Positions 1 through 13,730 of a stretch of 64,000 nt of DNA are shown piece after piece. The translations under genes and the position numbers were made by a program. The stretch lies in NCBI RefSeq assembly GCF_009914755.1, contig NC_060929.1, one strand, 5' to 3'. Position 1 is the stretch's first letter. The number at the start of each line of letters is the position of its first letter. The notes below the pieces were generated by a model. It was not told where the DNA came from, ran no database searches, and worked only from the letters and a program-made list of their open reading frames with translations. Origin of the DNA: the human T2T-CHM13v2.0 reference genome, Homo sapiens.

Positions 1-31
1 GGCATTTACCAAGAAAAACTAAAATCTTACG

Positions 32-207
32 GTAAGTAATATTGTGAAGCGACTTGTAATTAAAGGCATTAGTATAATTTTTATTTTCTTAGTGATTAGG
101 AGTTTGAAATCTCTAACAATATTTTCATTCTTACTCAACGTGTGAAAGAATTTTAGAGCATCTCACCATAGAACTCTTTGTACAAGTACTTTGCTCTGTT
201 TTTACAG
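32..207 (+). other. Candidate GT-AG intron (176 bp) followed by a possible terminal exon
   Basis: Strong donor ACG|GTAAGT at 32. Pyrimidine tract plus acceptor TTTGCTCTGTTTTTACAG ends at 207. AATAAA at 335-340. No transcript evidence is available. Confidence 0.3.
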
Positions 208-1179
208 AGCTAGGACATTTCAAAGCTGTCTCGGGGATCATCTCAGCTCATCCTGATTTAAGCCGCGAGGGCAGCAATTCATAGCTTTCAATGCCCTAGA
301 AATAGTATTTCTTGAAAATTCCATGTCCAGCAATAATAAAGACAGTGGTGAAACTATGAAGAATCATCTCAACACAATTTCTGACCATTTGATAATTTGA
401 TGCATATATTTTTAAAAATATTATACCTTCATATAAAGGTGTTTGGATTTTGGCTCCAGAGATTGGACCAACTATCAGAACTCTACCCTCTTCCCTCCCT
501 CCTTGTCTCTAGACTCACCTATAGTTACAAATCACTATTCAGTCTTCCAATTCCCTAAATTTCAACCTTTTATAATGAAGAGGGCATCAGTTAGGACTGA
601 TTGCTAAAAATTCAAATAACACTTTTGCTGGAGTCATTTTCTCAAAAGTTACCTTTCATGTATTTACGTAATAATGTTCTTGATGTCCCACCGTTTAAGT
701 TTAAGTGGATATGAATTCAGACTACTGTAGGTCTACAATACTGATAGTTTATGTATCACAACTGCTCCAGATTAACTCACTGCTCTGGCATTGTATCTTA
801 TGTATATTTTGACTTACACGTTGCTGAAATTTAAGACGGAATGTTAATGGATCTGGGCATCAAATGAGATCCTTCCCAACTCTGTCAGTAAAATAAACCA
901 GGAGATGGAGAAGATGTGAACAGTACAAATGGAAATTGAAAGGAACTCTCAAACTCAAAACATACCTTTTGAAGCTATCAGTAAGTGATTATTCAAGTGG
1001 ATGTATATATACTTGTTTTAATAATGTCACCTTTCACCTGTCATTTGGAGAAGTACAAATTCAAATAGTTTTAACTTTAGAAGAAATGATGGACAGTGAG
1101 AATTCTGTGAAGAAAACCTACTACCACCAGATTCCATAATATTGGCACTTCCACAGACTAAATCATAACAACCAAAGAG

Positions 1180-1290
1180 ATAGAACAGTGTTGAACACTC
1201 TCTATGTGCCAGGCAAATGCAGTGCTTCATGTCTTTTAACTCATTAACCCCTTTATTCAAATGGAAAAACTAAGGCATAGAGATAGAATT
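1180..1290 (-). mobile_element. MIR SINE fragment
   Basis: ttgaacactctctatgtgccaggc...ggaaaaactaaggcatagaga resembles the antisense MIR core. Confidence 0.6.
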
Positions 1291-3736
1291 CTCACTTCTG
1301 GAGACTTTTATATTTATGCCAAACTTCAGCATGTTTCTGTTTCAAGCAATGCTAGCTTCAGAGGGACCAAAGTTTTTATTTCTTATTGTGTCTTTTTCTT
1401 CTTTCATTATCTTTATGAATCCAATTTTCAGAAAATAAAGTTTGATATTAATCTGGCTTCATACACTGAATAAAAGCTTAGAGAAAATATGCATTTGGCT
1501 ATATAAATATACACACACAATGCATTGTTAAAACTAAGTGCCCTTTCTTTTTTTCCATTTTCTTTGCTTAAACACTCCTCATAAAAATGGTATTTCTTGG
1601 CAAGAAAAGCCATTTTTCCTTTATGTCAGAGTCACTGTTAAGTTCACATTTGTATTTGCAAGTTCTGTTTCCAACTTTCCACTCTAGCTCTATCCCCCAC
1701 AGCAAGAAGAAAATCACGGCATTTGCATATTGTGTTTATGAAGTAGAGTAGCTGTCTTAGAGAGAAGCACTAAGGGGTTAGAAATCATGAACATACACAC
1801 TTGTTGTCGCAGAATCCTGATCCAACATATTTGTACTCTACTTTTATATATTTCTCTGCTTTCAATTAAGATGCCCTATTAAATAGCATTCAAACATGTG
1901 AAAGCAAAGACAGAGCCTGACAGAATTTCAACAGGTTCTGTGCATTCATACTGTATGTCACCTCTTAATTAGCAACCAAAATGCAATGAACAGATTGTAC
2001 AGTTTACCATCGTAGCCCAGCTCCTACACTTGCTATTTGTGCGTATACAGCATATTTAAAGAGACCCCATCCAGTGGGATTCTCATACTCGCTCCATCCC
2101 TGGAACAGAACCACCATCAACTAAATGCCACTTCATGGATGCCTTAGCCTGCGGCAGCAGCTGGCATTACCAAGCAGTTGAAAGGACATTTTAATCTCCT
2201 GTTTAATGCATTTTTCTCCACCTGGGATAAGAAGCCAAAATTGCTGTTAGCAAAAAATGCCTTAGTCATTAACTGAAAGTGTCTTTTTAAAAAGTGTTCC
2301 ATTACTCCCCTACTGGGAAATTTCAGACTTTATTAGCATTTTTTGAATTTGTATTAGTAGTACCTGAATGGTAAAATGCTAACGGATGAACACTTAGCTA
2401 TTTTCCACAGATTTTGCTTTTGGGCTCTCCTTGTACAGGAGCAAGACAAGAGAAAAGGGTCAATATATTGCACTCCTCATCTAGCTTTCAGTATTGAAGT
2501 TCATAGTCAAAAGAATCCTCTTAATTTTCTATTATTCTATTCCTGCAGAACCACAAAAGAATGGATTTAAGGACTCTCTTTTACCTAAGGGCAACTAAGA
2601 GGATATTAAATGTTCTTTAAATGCAAGTCTTGTATATTTAAATCACATGCATGCTGGGCTGACATTACCTTGCTTTGGTGATCAGACTGCATTGAATTCA
2701 GGCTGGAAGAAAATAGAAATTCTTCCATTGAAACACATGCTGTTAGTGAGTGGGTTGGTCTGTCATTTCAGCAGGAGAAATCTAACATTAAAAAAATAAG
2801 AACCATCCAAACAATGACTTTAATAAAACACAATTTAAGTTGCGACTTGTTCACATTTTTGTTTGTTTTGCTTGTGTCTACTAAAAACCCACCTAATTTT
2901 TAGAAGCCTTCTGAAATATCAGGCAAGCCTGATAGAGTTGTGGTTTGTTTTGGTTCAGTTTCTGTAAGATCTGCATTCATTAGTCATGGGCTAAAATAAA
3001 TAAATATATAAGTGTAGTATAGCCCTTTGGGTCCCAAGTTGAAAATATATTGAAATTTTCTACCAAAATACTGACAATCTAGTAGAATCCGGTGGGAAAA
3101 AAATACAAGTTCAAAACATATTTTGAAAGCAAAGTATCCAGTATTCATTCCTTGCTTTGTTATCATATTCAACCAATTAAGCAATATATTGTCATCTTAT
3201 ATAACTGCCCCAGAGACCTTCTTTCTGACTGCAGTTTTACTTCTGCTATTTCCTCATTTGGTAACAAAGCAAGCAAGTCTCTTTTGATATGCAGAAACTA
3301 TGGTTACCTTAAAGTATCAGTGAAAATACAATCTTTTTCTAATAAATGGTAGAGGCAACAGGGAGAAAGAAAGAATATTGGATCTAATAGGGATTAAGGC
3401 TAACAGCAAGGCACAAGTTCCCAGGGATGTGTGTTTTCTGGAGAGGTATGAAACATTGGTGGCGCTGAGCCTGAGTTACAGAATATATAATGGGATATCA
3501 ATAATCAGGCATTTTTAAAATTGCTCTTTATTATTTGAATACTAAGAACTCATAATTAAAATAACATTGCAAGTCACTAAATAGTAGCCTTCAGTGGCGT
3601 GGCATAACTATTCCAACCCAATTAGCTATATCTCTGCTACATCCCTGCCTGTAAGCCTGACCAAAAATATAAGCAGCTTAGCTATGGTGGGCAACAACAA
3701 AAAGCCATTTTTCGTAGCTTATAAGAATGTATAGGC

Positions 3737-3748
3737 AGATAGATAGAT

Positions 3749-3797
<49 letters not shown>
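3737..3797 (+). repeat. Tetranucleotide STR (AGAT)3 GAT (AGAT)11
   Basis: Counted directly from the sequence. Confidence 0.97.
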
Positions 3798-4553
3798 TAG
3801 CTCGATAATCAGATTCCATTGAGGTGTTAATCTTCCCAAAGCGGTCCTCTAAGTGAATCATCAACAAATTTAACTGCATCTGTTATGCAATATGGCTTCA
3901 TTGTGCATTATTCAAAATTGTAATAGAGATTTCTAGAGCATCCAATTATGACTTCTCTTTTATAATTTAATTGAAAAGTTTCCATAGTTAGAAGACCACA
4001 AACACATTGTGGCCTTTGAAGTGGAAGTGAATGGAATACTTTTTCACAGCATCCAACTGTACTCTCAAATTCTATACTCAACTATATGGGTGTTTTCTAA
4101 GATTTTAACTCATGAATGAACACCTTTCACAGAAGCATGCACTTTTGCAAAGCACTTTTATTATTTTCTAAAATTTCTTTATCATTCAATGTGTATATAT
4201 GAAATGTAATAAAAGTATTATTTTGAATAATATTTTTTAAAGTTATATTGGCATGTTAGAAAAGATTGAATTATAAAATTGATTTTCATATTCTGATAAG
4301 TTTTATAGCATGTAAAGATAGATTTCAACCTTTCCTACATAGCAAGTGATTCATAACATTTTCCGTAACTTAGCTGTGTTATGAAAATATCTTCATCTTT
4401 AATAATTTTAAAATGATATATCTGAGTTGGAGACTGAAAGTCTATCAGCATGTAGACTGAAATATAACTATTTCTAATAGAAAGTAAACAAAACTTCTTA
4501 ACTGAACTACTAATTTGAGTTTTCACATTTTTCATTAAAAACTTTCTAAAATA

Positions 4554-4800
4554 GAACAGGTGCAGTAGCTCACACCCATAATCCCAGCACTGTGGGAGGC
4601 AGCGAGATGAGCGAGATGAGAGAACCACTTGAGGCCAGAAGTCTGAAACCAGCCTGGGCAGTGATAGTGACACTGTCTCTACAAAAAAAAAAAAAAAAAA
4701 AATAGGCTACAGTAAGCTGTGATTGTGCCATTGCATTGCAGCCTGGGCAACTGAGCAAGGCTCTGTTTTTTTTTTTTTAAGATAAGAAAAGATAAGAAAC
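4554..4800 (+). mobile_element. AluJ-type element with the 5' part of the right arm deleted
   Basis: Left monomer caggtgcagtagctcacacccataatcccagcac...ctgtctctac, then an A-run, then right-arm end ggctacagtaagctgtgattgtgccattgcattgcagcctgggcaac. Near-perfect TSD aacttt(c/t)taaaat at 4540-4552 and 4805-4817. Confidence 0.85.
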
Positions 4801-5569
4801 AACTAACTTTTTAAAATGTAATATTTATGCTTTTTTCTTCCAAATAACTATTTTAAAAATTTAGGTTATTTGCAAACACTTGTAAACAAATGACACAGGA
4901 TGGGTATATAAGGAGAGGCTTCATCTCAATAGATAAGATACAAATCAGATGCATTTATCGTGTATTTTTATTTTAACATTGGCTTTTTTCAGTACTTGGG
5001 ACAAATCTTGATGTGCTACTTAGGATTCTGATCAGATAAAGTAACTGAAAATCATCTTTAGACAATTTGATAGGGTTATATTCTCCTTACACTTCTTTGT
5101 TTCACTTTGTTATGTTTACTGTCTTTTATCAATATTATATTATCTGTTAAAAAAAGAAATATTATATGACTAAGAATAAACATCTGAAATTATATAATGG
5201 TCAACGGTCACAATTCCTAGGAGTTTTTGGTTGATTAACAAGTGGAATGATTGAGTCATGACACCACTCACAACTTAATCGATATGTTTTAGAAACTGTT
5301 CACACTACTCTATTTCAAAGGGGGAAATTATTTGCCTAACAGTTTCATCAATTTGAAACTTTAAATGGAAATAGATATTATTATCACCATTAAAAATGTG
5401 ACCTCATATTTTTATTATGTTAATATTTTTGAAAATTTCTGGGATCCTATGTTTAAGGAACTTAAAATCCTCTAAGAGCTAATTGAAATTACCATGCTCC
5501 ATATTCCTCACATTCCAGGCAGAGCTCGAGACTGAACCATGGAATTGCCTCATGGGAGGATTCCTTAAT

Positions 5570-6420
<851 letters not shown>

Positions 6421-7159
6421 GTCAGGGCTCTTCTTTCCCTTTATACCCTCTTTGCCTCTGATGCTCCCATCACCAACACTTGAGAGAAAAGTGGAACTAT
6501 AAAATATTGATAACATTCAATCTAGCTGTTTGGTTATTTGGAGAGAAAAAGAGGTTTGAATGAGTTTGAACACACTGGATTTTTAAACTTAGATGTTCAG
6601 TGAACATATTAGATGTTCAGTGACCAGCATGAGGATTATTGCTGGTTTTTTTTTTAAAATGCTCAACCAATATTCTTTGATATAATTTTATTTGCCTATC
6701 ATCTAAATCTGGCACAAACATGTCCCCCAAGTATCAAAAACAGGAGTTGTGTTCAATATGTAAAATGTTAAGTAATATTCGCCATTTTGTAGTTTCCTAA
6801 AAACGTGTTTACTTGAAATTGCAGCCTAAAAAGTAAATTTCACTTTCTTGTGACTCCACAACATTGTTTATCCAACTTTAAACATAAAAATATATAAGGC
6901 GTGTATTCATTTTATGCATATCCCATTTTTTAAAGTTTTAAACTTTATTCATGTAGAAACCATTAACACTCATGGGGACACTTATGGGGAACTGGAAGAT
7001 ATGACACATGAATGTCCACGTCAGTCTGTGTTGAGCAGAACACTTTGGTGTTTGAGGAATCTATTTTATAGAAAATCTTAAGCTGTGGAGTCAAGGTCAC
7101 AACCAAATATTCAAAACCCTCAGGTGTTCTTTCCTTATTGTGGACATTCTGTAGGTTGC

Positions 7160-7710
7160 AGCCACGTACCAGGAACTGTGTTAGACATACCCCGTGCAGC
7201 TTGTCTAATCCTCACAACTAATGAAAAAGAGTTAAAGTAGCTCCCCCTTATCTGAAGTTGCACTTTATGTGGTTTCATTTACCTGTGGTGAATTGTGACC
7301 CCGAAATACTAAATGGAAAATTCCAGAAAAAAATAATTCACAAATCTTAAATTGTCAGCTGTTCTGAGTAACATAATGAAATCTCTCATCATCACAAGAC
7401 TTCCCACTCCATCCCAACTGGAAAGTGAATCATCTCACTGTATTCACACTGTATATGGTACCTGCAGTTAGCCACTTAGTAGCTGTCTGGGTTATCACAT
7501 TTAAAAAAATAGTATAAAATAAACAAGAAAAATAATAAAAATATAAAACCAAAAAGAAAACCCCCATAACGTAGTAAATGTAGAGTTCAGTACTATCTGC
7601 AGATTCAGGCATCCACTAGGGGTCTTGGAACGTACCCATTGTGGATAAGAGGGGACTGCCATGAATCCATAATTGAGTATGAGAAAACTAAGGGTCAGAA
7701 AAGTTACATA
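7160..7710 (-). mobile_element. MIR split by MER44
   Basis: taccaggaactgtgttagac...ctaatcctcacaac lies before MER44 and atgagaaaactaagggtcagaaaagtta lies after it. Confidence 0.55.
7235..7660 (+). mobile_element. MER44 (Tigger7-derived, TcMar-Tigger MITE)
   Basis: TIRs agtagctcccccttatc and ggataagaggggactg. Internal aaatactaaatggaaaattccagaa and gttctgagtaacataatgaaatctc match the recalled MER44 consensus. Preceded by TA. Confidence 0.85.
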
Positions 7711-8182
7711 GGTTTTTCAAGCATTCTCTCTCCCTGCTATACCTTCAGGTGAGAACCTGATATCTATAAATATTTTCCTTCATCTTCTTGATTGTAATCA
7801 CTGATTTTCCTGATCTAGGAAGCAGCCTTGCCCTATCCTATCAGGTTCCTTATTTTAATATGACAGCTTGATTAATATTTTACATCTCATTTTTGACCTT
7901 GCAACCTGATTCTGACCTTCTAGATCCTAATCTCAATGTTTAATTTGCTATTAATGCAGGTTCTTAATCTCTCTTCACCATAAATAGAATAATTTGACCC
8001 AAATTTAAATTTGCTCAGTCACAGAAATTGCATTCTCCTGAAAGTCACTAACGTAGACAAGACATGACTGGAAGATTTAATTAATAATATTGACATTTTT
8101 AAGAAAGCCCAATTCAAAGATTACTCAAAATATTTTCAACTAAAATAAATATAGACAAGAAATAGAAATATTTTTCAGCCTA

Positions 8183-8390
8183 TGTTATGAAGAGCACAGG
8201 CATGGAGGGAGGCAAGACTGAGTCTAATTTTTGGTTCTTCCCTAATCACTGTGTGGACCTTGGGAAAGTTACTTAACCTCTCAAAAAGACATTCCCCTTA
8301 AAACAGGATTAATAATCAACACTCACATGGCTATTGTGGGGATTAACTTAGTAAATGTGTGAAAAGTCCTAGCCAGAATAAGAGCTCAAT
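8183..8390 (+). mobile_element. MIR SINE
   Basis: gaagagcacaggc...tgtggaccttgggaaagttacttaacctctc...ctattgtggggattaa...agagctcaat. Confidence 0.75.
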
Positions 8391-8919
8391 GAAAGGATAG
8401 AGAGAAAGGCAGAATAGGTTCTGAAGAATAAAGGAAACTTCTCTTGATATTAAGATTTTTAATTTTAGAGTAACAGTGGTTCCTGTCAATAGAAATTTTA
8501 ACAAATCTTGCTCACTGCCCTCAGCTCTTCCTCCTCCCATTACACTTAAAATGGTTTAATAAGCATAGATGTAAGAGGCCACTGGAAAAAAATCTCTATA
8601 ATTCAAAGACAATGCCTAGATCAATATCACTGTCCAAATGGGAGGAGCTGATTTGGTCTCTGAAACAATATCCTACCAAGCACTGCATGGTAAGCTATAA
8701 GTCATTGTTGAAGACAAAATAAGATACTCATCTGAAATGTCTAAAAGGACATTAGAGAAATACATCCATAACAGCAATGCAGAACTCAGGAACTAGAATC
8801 TGAACTGATAGAGAGCAAACCATTCTAGTGGCCCAGGTGGAAAAATATAGAATTGCTGTCCCACAGAAATTAGAAGTGACATCAACATGCTTCATTCTTG
8901 AATGCAGTGTGCATATAAT

Positions 8920-9150
8920 ACATACTCACTAGGTGCCAGTTGCTGTACCAAAACTTCGATAAAATTAATTCATTTAATTTTGTAAAACTTTTTGGATTAC
9001 AATAACCACGAGATTATCATTCTCATTTTAAGAGATAAAGAAATCTGACATTCAAGCAACTTGTCGAAGGTCATGCAGCTAGTAAGAAGTAGTGCTGTTG
9101 ACCCATATGATTCTAAACCCAAATACATGCTGTCCCAAGATCTTAACTGT
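8920..9150 (-). mobile_element. MIR SINE
   Basis: ttatcattctcattttaagagataaagaaatctga...aacttgtcgaaggtcatgcagctagtaag. Confidence 0.7.
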
Positions 9151-11271
9151 GACATTCTACTTCAATGGATTTGGTCAAATAAGTGCCTAAAATAGACACC
9201 ATAGACAGAAGCCTCTTAAAACTTTCATCAGAAATACTTGATTTGGATGTTAAGATAATTTCTGTATTTCTCTTGAAAAATAATTGTTTTCCGTCATATT
9301 AGCTTTTCAGCACAAAGGTTTTCATCTATTGAAAAATAAGGAATTGTTTCCTCTTGTAAGTTCCCCAAATAAAAGTTTTACTTAGACTACAATATGCAGT
9401 CTTTTAAAGAAAATAGCTATTGTTGGATAAACTTTCATATAATCCAAAAAGATGAAAAGGAAATTAAAATTCAAGATCAAAATCTAATAAACAGGGCCAA
9501 GAAAAACTGTTTAGTTGATAGCTACATTTTAGCACCGGAAATAATGGCTGCCATAAATACAACAGACTTCAACAGCTTTGGGAAGCATACACTCTTCTTG
9601 TTTCTTCTCACCCCTACTACAGAGAATGTTGTAAAGTATATATGATGCTTTGCTTTCTCATTTTTTCTATACTTTTTAACCATAGCAAAAGTGTTTTTAT
9701 TCGTCATTCTAAATATTGCTTTCAAGGCACTAGTACTAAATGGTAGTCCTACTATAGATTGCTTTGATTTTAAAGAAATCCCCATTAATGCTCCAGTCAG
9801 AGAATTAAAAGGGATGGGAAATAGACCAGCTAAATGAAGGGTTCAAAACAGTGGCCCTATTCAGCACTTGCAGAACCCATTACCACTTCCCAAGATGACA
9901 GAGTATTCTTGCAGGTAGACTAGGGAAGGACAAGTCCTGGCTGTCCTGCCTCTCAACAGAGGAAATAAATCACCCTACACACTGGAGGATACCTTTCCAG
10001 ACTGCACGCTGGGAACTTCATTACACAAGCTGTGCGACACATTACTATGCATATTGTTGCTGATTGGACATAGATGCATATCCACAGACTATTTCTGTCA
10101 TTGTCTTATGAGGGAGATATCTATTTTTTTCTCTATAGACAGATACAGGCTTGAAAACGACACAAAGAAAATAATACTGTGTGCCCAAAAGATCTCGATC
10201 TTTAGCAAAGTATTCTCTTGACTGATGATTTGTCTAACTTGCCCGAACCTCATCTCCTGGTGCATAAAACATGATCCTTTGATTATAAGATTGTTTGATA
10301 GTCACACAATCTTATTTGATGTGAATATGATTGTTATCAAACATAAGTCTTATTGCTCCGGGTCTTCACCTCATTAAAACGAGGGCAAAGTATTTCCCAG
10401 TAGAAGAATTTTCAGTTCCTGTTCTTCATTGGTAATCCTTTCAGTTGATTCATGAAAGACAAACTTTATTTACTTAATTTTGTGTATATGCCATGAATGT
10501 AGCTTAATCTAATTTAGACCCGTTGTGATAATGAAAAAAAATTGCAAAGGAAGACAATCTTCAGGCTGGAAGTACAGTGTCAGTTTTGAAGTCAACAACA
10601 TAAAATTAATGAACCAAAGGAATACAATTAATGAACATAACTATTAGCAAGCTTCCTGTAGTTTGAAAACACTAATGTAAATTTAGATAGAGTGTCTTCA
10701 AATTTAGCCACTCCTTAGGGAATATTCTGTGGCAAAACATCTTTGCCATTCCTGGTTTGGTGGAATAATATTGTCCATTGAAAAATACATGGGATGATCT
10801 TGTTGGTATGTGTGACCCTAAGCATTGTAAAAGTAAAGGTATACAGGTATTTCCTTGAATCTTAAGCCAAATTAATTTTGTGAATAAAATGAAGCTTCTA
10901 TAGTTCCATTAATTAGAATCTGTCAATATAAAAAAGAAAAACTAACAAGGGCTTAATATACCAATTATCAGTTCTTAAATGTTGCTTGTGGACAAAAGAT
11001 ATTAATAATTTAGATTCTACATTCCTTTCCTGCCAGACTGGCATAGTATGCCATTTAAACCTGTCTTTATAATCTTAGGAGAGATGATTGTCTTTAAACA
11101 GTGTTTCTGCTTTGGTTAACATTACTTCATTGCTCATCAAATAAATGCTTCCAAAACTCTGTGAGACTCCAAAGATGGTCTTCTTTGGTGTAGCACCTGT
11201 CACATGATGCATTTATACAAACAAGTGACTCCTAAAAGACTTAACTTTTTTGCATCAGAAATAAATTTGCA

Positions 11272-11608
<337 letters not shown>

Positions 11609-11749
11609 TCACACATTATTTTCTGTCAATTGGCATTTGGAGTCTGAGTTTATGGGTCTTGGTAATAACTTAGTCTGTTTTCTTGTAAACAGACTTACTT
11701 AATTCTCAAAAATAAGAAAAAAAATAAGCATAGTTCAATCTGACTTTCT

Positions 11750-12070
11750 ATTTTTGTATTTTTAATTCTTATTTATTTATTTATTTATTTATTTTTGAGG
11801 CAGAGTCTTGCTCTGTCACCTGGGCTGGACTGCAGTGGCATGATCTCACTGCAACTGCTGCTTCTCAGGTTAAAGTGAGTCTCCTACCTCAACCTCAAGT
11901 TGCTGGGATTACAGGTGTGCACCACCACGCCCTACTAATTTTTCTATTTTTAGTAGAGACGGGGTTTTGCCATGTTGGCCAGACTGATCTCGAACTCTTG
12001 ACCTCAGGTGATCCGCCAGCCTCGGCCTTCCAAAGTGCTGGGATTATAGATGTGAGGCACCGTGCCCAGC
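11750..12070 (-). mobile_element. AluSx-type element
   Basis: (TTTA)n tail and antisense dimer ending cgtgcccagc. Perfect 16-bp TSD ttcaatctgactttct at 11734-11749 and 12071-12086. Confidence 0.95.
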
Positions 12071-12262
12071 TTCAATCTGACTTTCTTATTTCAGTTTCTT
12101 GTATCACATTCTATGATCTCAAAGTGTTAGAGGAAAAGTTTCCAACAAATTTCTTAGTGGGGAAAAATGTCTAGAACTAACACACAAATTTGGACTTTAT
12201 ATCTCCCAAGTGCATTATCCAGAATTATGTTTTAGCTGAAAATCTAATCATATGTTAGTTAA

Positions 12263-12344
12263 ATACATATATATACATATACATATACATATATACATAT
12301 ATAGTATATATATGTATGTGTATATATACATATATGTATACATA
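12263..12344. repeat. (TA)n/(TACATA)n low-complexity microsatellite
   Basis: Read directly from the sequence. Confidence 0.9.
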
Positions 12345-13358
12345 AAAAATCTGTTGCTTTCAATGATAATATTCATGCAGAAAAAATGTGATTTCTTATC
12401 ATAAATAGTCTGTTTTCTCTCTTTATCCAAATAATTTATTAAAATTAGGATTTTTGAAGATCTGACATTGGTGAAGATGTATAATCATTTGACTAAATAT
12501 TTTCAATTCCTGGACTGACAGCAATGTTGAAACTACATATTTTTAAATTCCTGTTGTTTATTTATTTGTGTTTTCTAAATAAAACAGGTGTTGGCAGAAT
12601 ACGATTAACAAAGAAACAAAGGTGATGGGATGGTGGAGGGCTCAATGACACTGCAGAAGACACTGGAACTGCCAGGAAGAAAACATAATCAGCAAAGGAC
12701 CCAGTCTTTGCTTTAATATCATCAGTCGCTAGAGATCATGATCAACTGTGATGCAGGTGTGACTCATCGTGTTTTCATGGTGAACCATGGCTGACTCAGG
12801 CAAAGCACTGATGAAGACAAACACAGGGACAATTCTAAGATGTTATGCAATCATTCCTCATCTTATAAAAGAAATTTTTTAAATAAATAATATTTAGAAA
12901 AATCATCAAAACTTACGTTCAAATCACCTTTTAATAGACTACTTTATCCACTTAGATGTATCAACTTATGTCTTAAAATAGAAGATGAATTCATACTGGT
13001 TTCTTTGTACTCAGGTCTTCCATAACATTGTGGATATTTAGGTGTAGAAATGTTCACCTCATTCAAGTGCTATCGTAGTTTTAGGTGCTTGCACAGAAAG
13101 ATTTTTTTCAGAGACTACATTATCTTCTTCTGGGAACAGGAAAATATTTTTCTTAGCCTGCTGTCCTCAGGCCATTGACTAACTTCCTCTGTCCAGGCTT
13201 TCAGGGATGGCCAGCACCATTTCTAATAGGTACACCACTGCCATTGGCAGTAGAAGAGCCATAACAGCAATGCATTCTCTGAGATGTTCCCTGCTCCTAG
13301 ACACATCTATGAATGTCATCCAGTCCCATTTTGATACAGTTGTGCCAAGTTATATAAC

Positions 13359-13730
13359 TGTATTAGCCTGCTTGGGCTTTCTTAACAACATACCACAGGC
13401 TAGGTGTTATAAACAACAAAAAATAATTTTCTTACTGTCTAGGCTCTAGAAAACCAAGATCAGCATACCAGCATTGTTGGGTTCTGGCAAAGGCTATCTT
13501 CCTGGCTGGCAAATGGCCATCTTTCTGGATGTATCTTCACGTGGCGGAGGGAGAGCAAGCTCTCTGGTATCTCTTCTTATAAGGGCTCTAATTTCATCAT
13601 GAGCATTTCCCCCTTGAACTTCATGTAACCCTAATTACTTTCCAAAAGCCACCACCTCCAAATACTACGACATGGGAAGTTAGAGCTTCAACACATGGAT
13701 TTTAGGGCGGACACAATTCAGTTGGTAGCA
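13359..13730 (-). mobile_element. MaLR solo LTR (MLT1A/MSTD-type)
   Basis: tgtattagcctgcttgggc...taccacaggctaggtg...agcaagctctctggtatctcttcttataagggc...acacaattcagttggtagca, with TG...CA ends. Confidence 0.85.
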
